Origin: an uncultured Acidobacteriaceae bacterium
GTDB lineage: Bacteria; Acidobacteriota; Terriglobia; Terriglobales; Acidobacteriaceae
Direction of reading: 5' to 3'
DNA: 64,000 bases
NCBI GenBank assembly: GCA_963696275.1
Contig: CAVOJQ010000012.1
Location: 1,001,173 to 1,065,172, forward strand
Of the stretch, positions 1 to 7,681 are shown in pieces; the first letter of the stretch is position 1; every line of letters starts with the position of its first letter. The notes under the pieces were generated by a model. That model had not been told where the DNA came from. It saw nothing but the letters and a program-made list of their open reading frames with translations, and made no database searches. The position numbers and the translations under genes were made by a program.

Positions 1-597
1 GACTTCGAGGTCTCCGCCGTCGCGCTCGAAACCTCCGCCGTGCACAAGTTGATGCAATCCGATCCCGTCGACGTCGTCCTGCTCGCCGGCAATCATTTGC
101 CGGATCTAGGCTTGCTGCGCTGGTTGCGCGTGTCTTATCCCCGCGTCGCTCCCGTCCTCCTCGCCGAAAATGACAGCCGCGAGCTGGTCGTCAATGCCTT
201 TCGCGCCGGCGCCAAAGGTATCTTCCTCTTTGCCGAAACTCCCTTCCCCATGCTCTGCAAGTGCATCCATTGCGTCGCCCTGGGTGAGGTCTGGATCAAC
301 CGCCAGCAGACGACCTTCCTCCTCGATGCCTTATCCGCCGTCCCCACCCTCCGCGTCGTGAATTCCAACGGCAGGTTCTTACTGACTCCGCGCGAGGAGC
401 AGGTCGTCGCCCTCGTTGCCGACGGTTTGACCAATCGCGGCGTCGCCCTCGAATTAGGGCTCAGCGAACACACCATCAAGAAATACCTCCTCCGCATCTT
501 CGATAAGGTCGGCATCTCTAGCCGTGTCGAACTCGTCCTCTACGCCATGTCGCACAGCGAACATCGTCCCTCCGAATGGATGCCCAGCACCGCCTGA
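1..597 (+). CDS. LuxR/FixJ-type response regulator, 5' end outside window
   Basis: Frame 1 is open from base 1, so the listed ORF 40..597 is only the first in-window Met. C-terminal LuxR HTH 'TPREEQVVALVADGLTNRGVALELGLSEHTIKKYLLRIFDKVGISSRVELV'. The upstream part looks like a receiver domain. Confidence 0.8.
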   Translation, partial: DFEVSAVALETSAVHKLMQSDPVDVVLLAGNHLPDLGLLRWLRVSYPRVAPVLLAENDSRELVVNAFRAGAKGIFLFAETPFPMLCKCIHCVALGEVWINRQQTTFLLDALSAVPTLRVVNSNGRFLLTPREEQVVALVADGLTNRGVALELGLSEHTIKKYLLRIFDKVGISSRVELVLYAMSHSEHRPSEWMPSTA

Positions 598-657
598 CGC
601 CAGAATCAATCCCTGCGGATACAATGGCGATATGCCCACGCACGGGGAGATCCGCCA

Positions 658-1107
658 GTGACCGAACCCGGGTTGTCGTCCGTCCCCTCGTCCGTCCCCT
701 CGGCCGAGTCCACCCCGCCCTCCCGACTCGCGCGCCGCTGGACCGTGATCGCTTCCGGCCTCTTGTTACTGGCGCTGGCGCTGGTGGTCATCTATACCAG
801 GCCCAATGCTTTCTTCAGTCCCGTAGCCCTGGTCGTGGTCACCGCCATCGGTCTGGCCGCATTGCTCCTCCAGGTCCTGTTTCGCCGCGATCTTCCCCTC
901 ATCCAGACTCGTTCTCCTCTTTGGCTCAACATCTTCGGCACGCTCTTCGCTCTGTTGTCGCTCTTCGCCGATTACCTTCGGATGACCCGCCGCACCCTCG
1001 AAGTAATGGCATTCGCCGCCGTCCTCTGCTTCGGCATCAGCGGATCACTCATCCTGCGCGCCCTGCGCCGCGCCGTGAGAACACCCGCGGAAACCGGCTC
1101 CGAATAA
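658..1107 (+). CDS. hypothetical integral membrane protein (about 4 TM helices)
   Basis: GTG start. Hydrophobic segments 'WTVIASGLLLLALALVVIY', 'VALVVVTAIGLAALLLQVLF', 'LWLNIFGTLFALLSLF', 'MAFAAVLCFGISGSLIL'. No family recognised. Confidence 0.5.
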   Translation: MTEPGLSSVPSSVPSAESTPPSRLARRWTVIASGLLLLALALVVIYTRPNAFFSPVALVVVTAIGLAALLLQVLFRRDLPLIQTRSPLWLNIFGTLFALLSLFADYLRMTRRTLEVMAFAAVLCFGISGSLILRALRRAVRTPAETGSE

Positions 1108-1275
1108 CCGCCGCTGATATTCCTCTGTTCTTTCCTCCTATTCCCCGCGTCCCAATATCTCTGTGCCCCCCGTGGATCTCCTTGCTCCCCGCAGTTAAGA
1201 TTTTGCTTTTCCCCACCCGCGGAATAATCCCCCGCGTGTATGCCATCTTTCCCGCGTCCACACTACAATGCCGCT

Positions 1276-2151
1276 ATGCGCGTAACCTTATTCGGCGCCA
1301 CCGGGTTGCTCGGCCAGGAAATAGTTCGTGAGTTCCGATCCAACCGCCCCGCCCGTGCCGAAGATGAACTGATCGCCCTGTCATCCAAAGATGCCGACCT
1401 CCGCGATCGCTCTCGCATTCACGATGTCATCCTTGCCTCCCGCCCCGATTGCATCCTCTTATCCGCCGCCTACACCGACGTCGACGGCTGCGAGTCCAAT
1501 CCCGGCCTCGCCTTCGCCGTGAATTGCCAGGGTGCCGTCAACGTCGCGCTCGCCGCCCGCCAGGTTGGATCGCGATTACTCTTTCTCAGTTCCGATTACG
1601 TTTTTGATGGCGCCAGCCGCTCTCCCTATCAAACCGCCGATACCAGAAATCCCACCAGCGTCTATGGCCAGAGCAAAGCTCAGGCCGAAGAGCGCCTGCT
1701 CGAAATTCTCCCCGACGTCTGTATCGCCAGAACCTCATGGCTCTTCGGCCACGCCGGCAAGTGTTTCCCCGCAACCATCCTGAAGCTTGCCTCCACCCGT
1801 CCGGAAATTTCCGTGGTCAACGATCAGCGCGGCAGTCCGACTTTCACCCCTGATCTGGCGTCAGCCCTGGTGCAACTGTGCCGCGCTTCCGCACGCGGAA
1901 TCGTTCACGTCACCAACTCCGGCAACTGCACATGGTATGAATTTGCGGTTGAAATCTTGCGCATGTCAGCGTCGCCAACTCTGGTCAAGCCCGTCACCAC
2001 GGCCGAATTTCCGCGCCCCGCGCGGCGCCCCGCCTACTCCGTTCTGTCGCCAGAGAGCCTGCACGCCTATAACATCCGCTTGCCGGATTGGCAGGATGCA
2101 TTGCGCCGCTATCTCGAAAACCGCCCCTCTGCCTCTCCCCGCTCGTCCTAG
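1276..2151 (+). CDS. rfbD: dTDP-4-dehydrorhamnose reductase
   Basis: Rossmann start 'MRVTLFGATGLLGQ', 'SSDYVFDG', 'YGQSKAQAE' (YxxxK), 'RPAYSVL', all typical of RmlD. I prefer ATG 1276 over the listed 1240 because the nucleotide-binding motif should be N-terminal. Confidence 0.85.
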   Translation: MRVTLFGATGLLGQEIVREFRSNRPARAEDELIALSSKDADLRDRSRIHDVILASRPDCILLSAAYTDVDGCESNPGLAFAVNCQGAVNVALAARQVGSRLLFLSSDYVFDGASRSPYQTADTRNPTSVYGQSKAQAEERLLEILPDVCIARTSWLFGHAGKCFPATILKLASTRPEISVVNDQRGSPTFTPDLASALVQLCRASARGIVHVTNSGNCTWYEFAVEILRMSASPTLVKPVTTAEFPRPARRPAYSVLSPESLHAYNIRLPDWQDALRRYLENRPSASPRSS

Positions 2152-2342
2152 GTGGTCCGTCCTAATTAGCTCTCGCAGAGGTCGCAAATCGCCTCGCGCT
2201 TCCCTTCACATACTTTTTCAAGAACTCGACAAATCTCTACGTCCATACATTGCCAATGGGTTTACGCTGCGCTTAGCTGGTCCTGCGCCGCGGACTTCGC
2301 ACGGGTTCCTGCAGCTACGCAGTCCCCAGCCGGAGCAACCCC

Positions 2343-2867
2343 ATGAGAGCCGTTCTCGTCTTCGTCCTCTTCACCGCCTCTACTCTCGCCTTGAGTCAAG
2401 ATAAAGCTGCCATCGCCGCCTCCCAAGCGGCCTGCGGTCCCATCAATGTAAAGTTTGACGCCGAGCCGGACGAAACCCATCATCCCGTTCCCGAGCCTGA
2501 TCCTGCCAAAGCTCTGGTCTTTGTCATTCAAGACCTCGACCAGGAGCAATGCTTTAACTGCGCTCTCACCAAGGTTGCATTGGATGGCGCGTGGTTGGGT
2601 GCCAACCAGGGCAGTTCCTATTTGTTTTTCAACGCTGAGCCGGGCGAGCGCCATCTCTGCGTCAACTGGCAATCGCGCCTCAAAATGCGTTCGCGAATCT
2701 TTGGACTCGCGAACTTCAACGCCGAAGCTGGCCACGTCTACTATTTTCGCGTGCGCCTCTTGGGCGCTCGCGGAATCTTCTCTTTCGATCTCGACCCCAT
2801 CAACAGCGACCAGGGGAAATTTCTCGTTGCCTCGTCCCCCGTCAGTGTTTCGCATGTGAAGCAATAA
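2343..2867 (+). CDS. secreted hypothetical protein
   Basis: Signal peptide 'MRAVLVFVLFTASTLALSQ' and coding-type third-position GC. Family not recognised with certainty (only a DUF2846-like impression). Confidence 0.55.
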   Translation: MRAVLVFVLFTASTLALSQDKAAIAASQAACGPINVKFDAEPDETHHPVPEPDPAKALVFVIQDLDQEQCFNCALTKVALDGAWLGANQGSSYLFFNAEPGERHLCVNWQSRLKMRSRIFGLANFNAEAGHVYYFRVRLLGARGIFSFDLDPINSDQGKFLVASSPVSVSHVKQ

Positions 2868-2930
2868 AGGTTCGTTTCCGCGACGCGCACCCGAGTTCCC
2901 CGAATCCCCGCGCGGGCCTTTTTTTACTTT

Positions 2931-2971
2931 GTGGAGAGACGGGCGTCCTCGCCCGCCCACCACAACCCAAA
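2931..2971 (+). repeat. REP-like GC-hairpin element, copy 1
   Basis: 'GTGGAGAGACGGGCGTCCTCGCCCGCCCACCACAACCCAAA'. Nearly identical to 7580-7620. Confidence 0.8.
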
Positions 2972-3146
2972 GGGCCCGAAGACGGGGGCCGAGTTCTTAC
3001 CCGCCGGGTGCCCAATCCTAACGTCGTGCCCTAACCTCTACCCCCCCGCCCCGCCTTGCAAAAATCCGACCTCGCGTTACAATTGGCCCGCTCGCACAAT
3101 CCAGAAAGAAAATCCGTGCCATCTGTTTGCCCCAAGGAGGTCAACT

Positions 3147-4025
3147 ATGAAAAGAATCGCAGAGGCGGTGCTCGCCTCATTTGTTCTGCTGGCTCTCGGA
3201 ATCTCAGCCATCGCCTTCGCACAGGACAAGCCCGTGATGCCACCCAAAGTCCTGGTCGCGTCCCGCGAATACACCAAGCCCGGCAAGTCGGGTACTCCGC
3301 ACGAAAAAACCGAAAGCGCCTTTGTCAAAGCCGTCACCGATGCCAAATGGCCGACTCACTACCTGGCCATGGAATCCCTCTCCGGCAAGAACCGCGCCCT
3401 GTTCTTTACCGGCTATGAGTCCTTTGCCGCGTGGGAAAAAGACACGCTTGCCACCCAGAAAAATTCCACTCTGTCATCCGCCCTCGACCACGCCTGGGCG
3501 ATGGATGGCGACCTGCTCAGCGAGACCGACGGCTCCGTGCTCGTCTTGCACGAGGAGTTCAGCCTGCGACCCGAGACTGACATGGCCCACACTCGGTTTT
3601 TTGAAATCACCGGAATTCAAGTCAAACAAGGTCACGACCAGGACTGGGCAGAGCTCGTGAAGATCGTAACTGCCGCGTATGAGAAAATTCCCGGCGCACA
3701 CTGGGCAACCTACGCCGCCGTCTACGGATTCCCCGACACCACCTACATCATCTTTAACCCCATGCAGTCCCTCGCCGAAGTCGATAAGAACTTCGCCGCC
3801 GGCAAGGACTTTGAAGCCGCCATGGGCCCCGCTGGCATGAAGAAGCTGGCCGAACTCTCCGCCGCTGCCATCGAAACCAGCGGAACCAACCTCTTCGCCA
3901 TCAATCCGCACATGAGCTATCCCCTCGACGAATGGGTGAAGGGCGATCCCGCATTCTGGAAAGCGAAGTCCCCGCCCGCTCCCATGGCGAAGAAGCCTAT
4001 GGAAAAGCCCGCCGACAGCCACTAA
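3147..4025 (+). CDS. secreted hypothetical protein
   Basis: ATG 3147 is preceded by AAGGAGG (3134-3140). Signal peptide 'MKRIAEAVLASFVLLALGISAIAFAQ'. The listed ORF start at 2931 lies inside a REP-like repeat. Confidence 0.65.
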   Translation: MKRIAEAVLASFVLLALGISAIAFAQDKPVMPPKVLVASREYTKPGKSGTPHEKTESAFVKAVTDAKWPTHYLAMESLSGKNRALFFTGYESFAAWEKDTLATQKNSTLSSALDHAWAMDGDLLSETDGSVLVLHEEFSLRPETDMAHTRFFEITGIQVKQGHDQDWAELVKIVTAAYEKIPGAHWATYAAVYGFPDTTYIIFNPMQSLAEVDKNFAAGKDFEAAMGPAGMKKLAELSAAAIETSGTNLFAINPHMSYPLDEWVKGDPAFWKAKSPPAPMAKKPMEKPADSH

Positions 4026-4032
4026 ACCGCGT

Positions 4033-4071
4033 GACCCAGGTTCGCGCCTGTCTTTGGGCGCCAACCTGGGT
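4033..4071 (+). terminator. long hairpin downstream of the 3147..4025 gene
   Basis: 'GACCCAGGTTCGCGCC' pairs with 'GGCGCCAACCTGGGTC' (15/16), loop about 7 nt. No T-tract follows. Confidence 0.35.
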
Positions 4072-4127
4072 CATTGCCGAAACGACCGTAGTCGGCCCTT
4101 TTGAATTTGCTTTGCAAGACTTTAGAA

Positions 4128-4150
4128 GCTGCGGAAAAACTCCGCTCCGC
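4128..4150 (+). repeat. dispersed 19-23 nt motif GCTGCGGAAAAACTCCGCT (hairpin GCGGA-AAAAC-TCCGC), copy 1
   Basis: Identical 19-mer at 27677-27695. Confidence 0.7.
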
Positions 4151-4205
4151 TCCACCGCCCGCTCTGTCCAACTCCCGCCTCCGTGATTTATCCTAAGCTC
4201 TCCCC

Positions 4206-7200
4206 ATGCGACCCACTGTGAACCAAAAAAAGTTGTGGATTCTCCTCGCCGCGCTCTGCCTTCTGCCCGTGGCGCTCCCTGCCCAGCCCTACGACCCGTC
4301 TCTATTCCAGGACTTGCGCTGGCGCCTCATCGGCCCCTTTCGCGCCGGACGCACCGTTGCCATCTCCGGCGTCCCCGCACAACCCAACGTCTTCTACATG
4401 GCCCCCAACAACGGCGGCGTCTGGAAGACAACCGATTACGGCCGCACCTGGAACCCCATCTTCGACGATCAGCCGGATGACCCCCAGCATTCCGGATCCA
4501 TCGGCGCTCTCGCCGTTGCGCCCTCCAATCCCGCCATCGTCTACGTCGGCAGCGGAGAAGGCCTCCGCCGTCCCGACCTCTCGGTCGGCGACGGGATGTA
4601 CAAATCCACCGATGCCGGCCTCACCTGGCAGCACCTCGGCCTCCGCGATGCCCAGCAGATCGCCTCCATCATCGTCGATCCCAAAGATCCCAACCGCCTC
4701 TTCGTCGCCGTCCAGGGTCATCCTTACGGACCGAGCTCCGAGCGCGGCGTCTACCGCTCCCTCGACGGCGGTCAGACTTTCCAGAAAGTTCTCTACCACG
4801 ACGAAAACGCCGGCGGCATGGATCTCGTCTTCGATCCCCGCAACTCCCAAATCATCTTCGCCAGCCTCTGGTCCTCGCGCCGTCCCCCCTGGACCGCCGG
4901 TCTCGGCCTCTATGGCCCCGGCAGCGGTCTCTATAAATCCACCGATGGCGGCAATACCTGGCACCAGCTCACTAAAGGCTTGCCCGGCGAATCCGACGGA
5001 ATCGGCCGCATCGGACCCGCTGTTTCCCCGAGCGATCCCGATCGCATGTATGCCTGGGTTAACTCGAAAAAAGGCAGCGGCATCTACCGCTCCGACGATG
5101 CCGGCGAAAGCTGGCAGATAGTCAATAACGAAGAACGCATCTACGGTCGCGGCGATGACTTCGGCTGCGTCCGCGTCGATCCCGGAAACAAAGATGTGAT
5201 CTACGTCGCCAACACTTCCACCTACAAGTCCACCGACGCCGGCAAGAACTTTACCGCCATCAAAGGCGCCCCCGGAGGCGATGACTACCACACCATCTGG
5301 ATCAATCCCGAAAACCCCGACATCATCGCCCTCGCCGTCGATCAGGGAGCCACCATCACCGTCAACGGCGGCCAGACCTGGAGCTCCTGGTACAACCAGC
5401 CCACCGCCCAGTTCTATCACGTCATCACCGACAACCAGTTTCCCTACTGGGTCTACGGCGGCCAGCAGGAGAGCGGTTCCATCGGCACCGCCAGCCGCAG
5501 CGACTTCGGCGAAATCACCTTTCGCGACTGGACCACCGTTGGCGTCGAGGAATACGGCTACGTCGCCCCCGATCCTTTGCATCCCAATCTGATCTACGGC
5601 GGCAAAGCGACCGTGTTCGATCGCAATACCGGACAGACCCGCGACGTCTCTCCCGTCGTCCTCCGCACCGGACAGTATCGCTTCAATCGCACTGCGCCCC
5701 TCATCTTCTCCCCCGCCGATGCCCACGTCCTCTTCCTCGCGTCGAACGTCCTCTTCAAAACCACCGACGGCGGCAACAGTTGGCAGGTCATCAGCCCCGA
5801 CCTCACCCGCGAAGATCCCGGCGTTCCCCCGACTCTCGGCCCGTTCGTCGCCGCCGACCCGGCGAAAGGCAAGCATCGCGGCGTGATCTATTCGCTCGCT
5901 CCCTCGCCCAGAGACGCCAACCTGATCTGGGCCGGAACCGACGATGGCCTCATCCAGGTCACCCGCGACGGCGGCAAAAATTGGGAGAACGTGACTCCGC
6001 CAGAACTGACTCCCTGGAGCAAACTCGCCCAGATGGACGCGTCCCACTTCGATACCGCAACTGTCTACGCCGCCGTCAATCGTTTCCGCCTCGACGACCT
6101 GCATCCTTATATCTACCGCACCCACGATGGCGGCAAAACCTGGCAGAAGATCGTCACCGGCCTGCCCGAGAACGAACCCGTCAACGCCGTTCGCGAAGAT
6201 CCCGGCCGCCCAAAAATGCTCTTCGCCGGAACCGAACGCACCGTCTACGTTTCCTGGGACGACGGCGACCACTGGCAATCCCTGCAGCAGAACCTCCCGC
6301 CCACCTCGATCCGCGACCTCGTCATTCATAAAGACGACATCGTCGTCGGCACCCACGGTCGTTCCTTCTGGATCCTCGACAACATCAGCCCGCTCCGCCA
6401 ACTCCGGCCTGAGGTCGCAGCCCGTCCGGCGTTTCTCTTCGCTCCCGCATCGGCCTATCGCATCCGCCGCAACAACAACACCGATACCCCTCTTCCTCCC
6501 GAAGAGCCCGCCGGACAGAATCCTCCTGACGGCGCCATGATCGATTACTGGATCAGCCCCAACATCATTGACACGCCCGTCACTCTCGAAATCTTCGATA
6601 GCACCGGCAACCACCTCATCCGCCACTTTTCGACCCTTGACCAACCCGAGCCCGTGAATCCAAAACAGCTCAACGTCCCGATGTATTGGGTGCGTCCCTC
6701 GCGAACCTTGTCGGCCGCCCCGGGTATGCATCGCTTCGTTTGGGATATGACTTATCCCCCGCCCGATGTTCTCGAGCACGAATACCCCATCTCAGCCATC
6801 TACCTCGACACGCCGCGCTATCCGCTCGGAGCCACCGTCGTCCCTGGGACCTACAAGCTGGTTCTCACCGCCGGACGCCAGAACTATATCCAAACCCTCG
6901 CCATCCGAATGGATCCGCGTGTCAAGGTTTCTTCCAGTGACTTGGACCGTCATCTCGACCTCGACCGCAAAATCGCCGACGCTCTCCATCGCGACTACGA
7001 AGCCCTGCAACAGGTCCGCAGCCTGCGCGCCCAATTGAAGTCCCTCAAGACCGACGCGCACGCCAGCAGCGCCGCCAGCCACTCGGCGATGGCCGCGATC
7101 GCCAAAGCAGCCGCCGTCCTCGACGCGAAAGCCGCCGCCATCGAAGGCGAAGAAGGCGGATACGGCGCCAGCTACCTGAGCACTCCCGCCGGCCGCACCC

Positions 7201-7472
7201 TGGCGAAGCTGAACAGCGGACTCGGCACCGTCCTCACCGCTCTCGACAGCGCCGACGCCGCCCCCACCACGCAGCAATCCGCCATGTTCGCGGAACTCGA
7301 CCAGGCGCTCACCGAGCAATTGTCCGCATGGGCCGAGCTCAAATCGAAGGACGTCCCGGAGCTGAACGAGCGACTAAAAAAAGCAGCCATGCCCGAAATC
7401 GACCTGCAAAAACCGGCCCCCGCAGACGCACCCGAAACCACTTCGCAAGATCGTGACAAAAACGAAGAATAA
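4206..7472 (+). CDS. large secreted BNR/Asp-box repeat beta-propeller protein (sortilin/VPS10- or GH74-like)
   Basis: Signal peptide 'KKLWILLAALCLLPVALPAQ'. Many SxDxGxTW Asp-boxes: KTTDYGRTW, KSTDAGLTW, RSLDGGQTF, KSTDGGNTW, RSDDAGESW, KTTDGGNSW, VTRDGGKNW, RTHDGGKTW. Confidence 0.8.
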   Translation: MRPTVNQKKLWILLAALCLLPVALPAQPYDPSLFQDLRWRLIGPFRAGRTVAISGVPAQPNVFYMAPNNGGVWKTTDYGRTWNPIFDDQPDDPQHSGSIGALAVAPSNPAIVYVGSGEGLRRPDLSVGDGMYKSTDAGLTWQHLGLRDAQQIASIIVDPKDPNRLFVAVQGHPYGPSSERGVYRSLDGGQTFQKVLYHDENAGGMDLVFDPRNSQIIFASLWSSRRPPWTAGLGLYGPGSGLYKSTDGGNTWHQLTKGLPGESDGIGRIGPAVSPSDPDRMYAWVNSKKGSGIYRSDDAGESWQIVNNEERIYGRGDDFGCVRVDPGNKDVIYVANTSTYKSTDAGKNFTAIKGAPGGDDYHTIWINPENPDIIALAVDQGATITVNGGQTWSSWYNQPTAQFYHVITDNQFPYWVYGGQQESGSIGTASRSDFGEITFRDWTTVGVEEYGYVAPDPLHPNLIYGGKATVFDRNTGQTRDVSPVVLRTGQYRFNRTAPLIFSPADAHVLFLASNVLFKTTDGGNSWQVISPDLTREDPGVPPTLGPFVAADPAKGKHRGVIYSLAPSPRDANLIWAGTDDGLIQVTRDGGKNWENVTPPELTPWSKLAQMDASHFDTATVYAAVNRFRLDDLHPYIYRTHDGGKTWQKIVTGLPENEPVNAVREDPGRPKMLFAGTERTVYVSWDDGDHWQSLQQNLPPTSIRDLVIHKDDIVVGTHGRSFWILDNISPLRQLRPEVAARPAFLFAPASAYRIRRNNNTDTPLPPEEPAGQNPPDGAMIDYWISPNIIDTPVTLEIFDSTGNHLIRHFSTLDQPEPVNPKQLNVPMYWVRPSRTLSAAPGMHRFVWDMTYPPPDVLEHEYPISAIYLDTPRYPLGATVVPGTYKLVLTAGRQNYIQTLAIRMDPRVKVSSSDLDRHLDLDRKIADALHRDYEALQQVRSLRAQLKSLKTDAHASSAASHSAMAAIAKAAAVLDAKAAAIEGEEGGYGASYLSTPAGRTLAKLNSGLGTVLTALDSADAAPTTQQSAMFAELDQALTEQLSAWAELKSKDVPELNERLKKAAMPEIDLQKPAPADAPETTSQDRDKNEE

Positions 7473-7486
7473 AAATCTGCATGAAA

Positions 7487-7512
7487 TGTGTGGCGCGGGC
7501 GCCCCCGCCCGC
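7487..7512 (+). repeat. REP-like element, variant type (GCGGGCG-CCCC-CGCCCGC hairpin)
   Basis: 'TGTGTGGCGCGGGCGCCCCCGCCCGC'. The same approximately 24-mer recurs at 52567-52590. Confidence 0.75.
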
Positions 7513-7516
7513 AAGA

Positions 7517-7545
7517 GTGGAGAGACGGGCGTCCCCGCCCGTCCA
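7517..7545 (+). repeat. REP-like GC-hairpin element, copy 2
   Basis: 'GTGGAGAGACGGGCGTCCCCGCCCGTCCA'. Stem GACGGGCG/CGCCCGTC. Confidence 0.8.
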
Positions 7546-7576
7546 GTAGTTTTGTGGAGAGGCAAGCTTTTTTAGT

Positions 7577-7620
7577 TTTGTGGAGAGACGGGCGTCCTCG
7601 CCCGTCCACCCCAACCCAAA
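7577..7620 (+). repeat. REP-like GC-hairpin element, copy 3 (full length)
   Basis: 'TTTGTGGAGAGACGGGCGTCCTCGCCCGTCCACCCCAACCCAAA'. A truncated 'TTTGTGGAGAGG' lies at 7551-7562. Confidence 0.8.
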
Positions 7621-7681
7621 CCGCCCCAACAAACAACATGTAATCTGAACCGCACCGGCGGAAGCGCCCGCGCCACACTGG

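Noticed and set aside
576-1331. 251-aa ORF spanning the first intergenic regions.
   Set aside because: It crosses two better-supported genes in other frames and is Arg/Pro-rich shadow sequence.
2906-2925. Intrinsic terminator (GC palindrome CCCCGCGCGGGCC plus T7 run) after the 2343..2867 gene.
   Set aside because: The palindrome can form only a 3-4 bp stem with a tight loop. The T-run is real but the hairpin is too weak to call with confidence.
4302-6779. 825-aa minus-strand ORF.
   Set aside because: It is antisense to the BNR/Asp-box gene. The composition is Gly/Ala/Val/Asp-rich and typical of shadow ORFs in GC-rich DNA, with no motifs.
7487-7620. CRISPR-like array, because of repeated GC palindromes.
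   Set aside because: There are only 3-4 units with irregular spacing of 5-35 nt. There are no unique spacers of uniform length and no cas genes. The same element is dispersed singly elsewhere.
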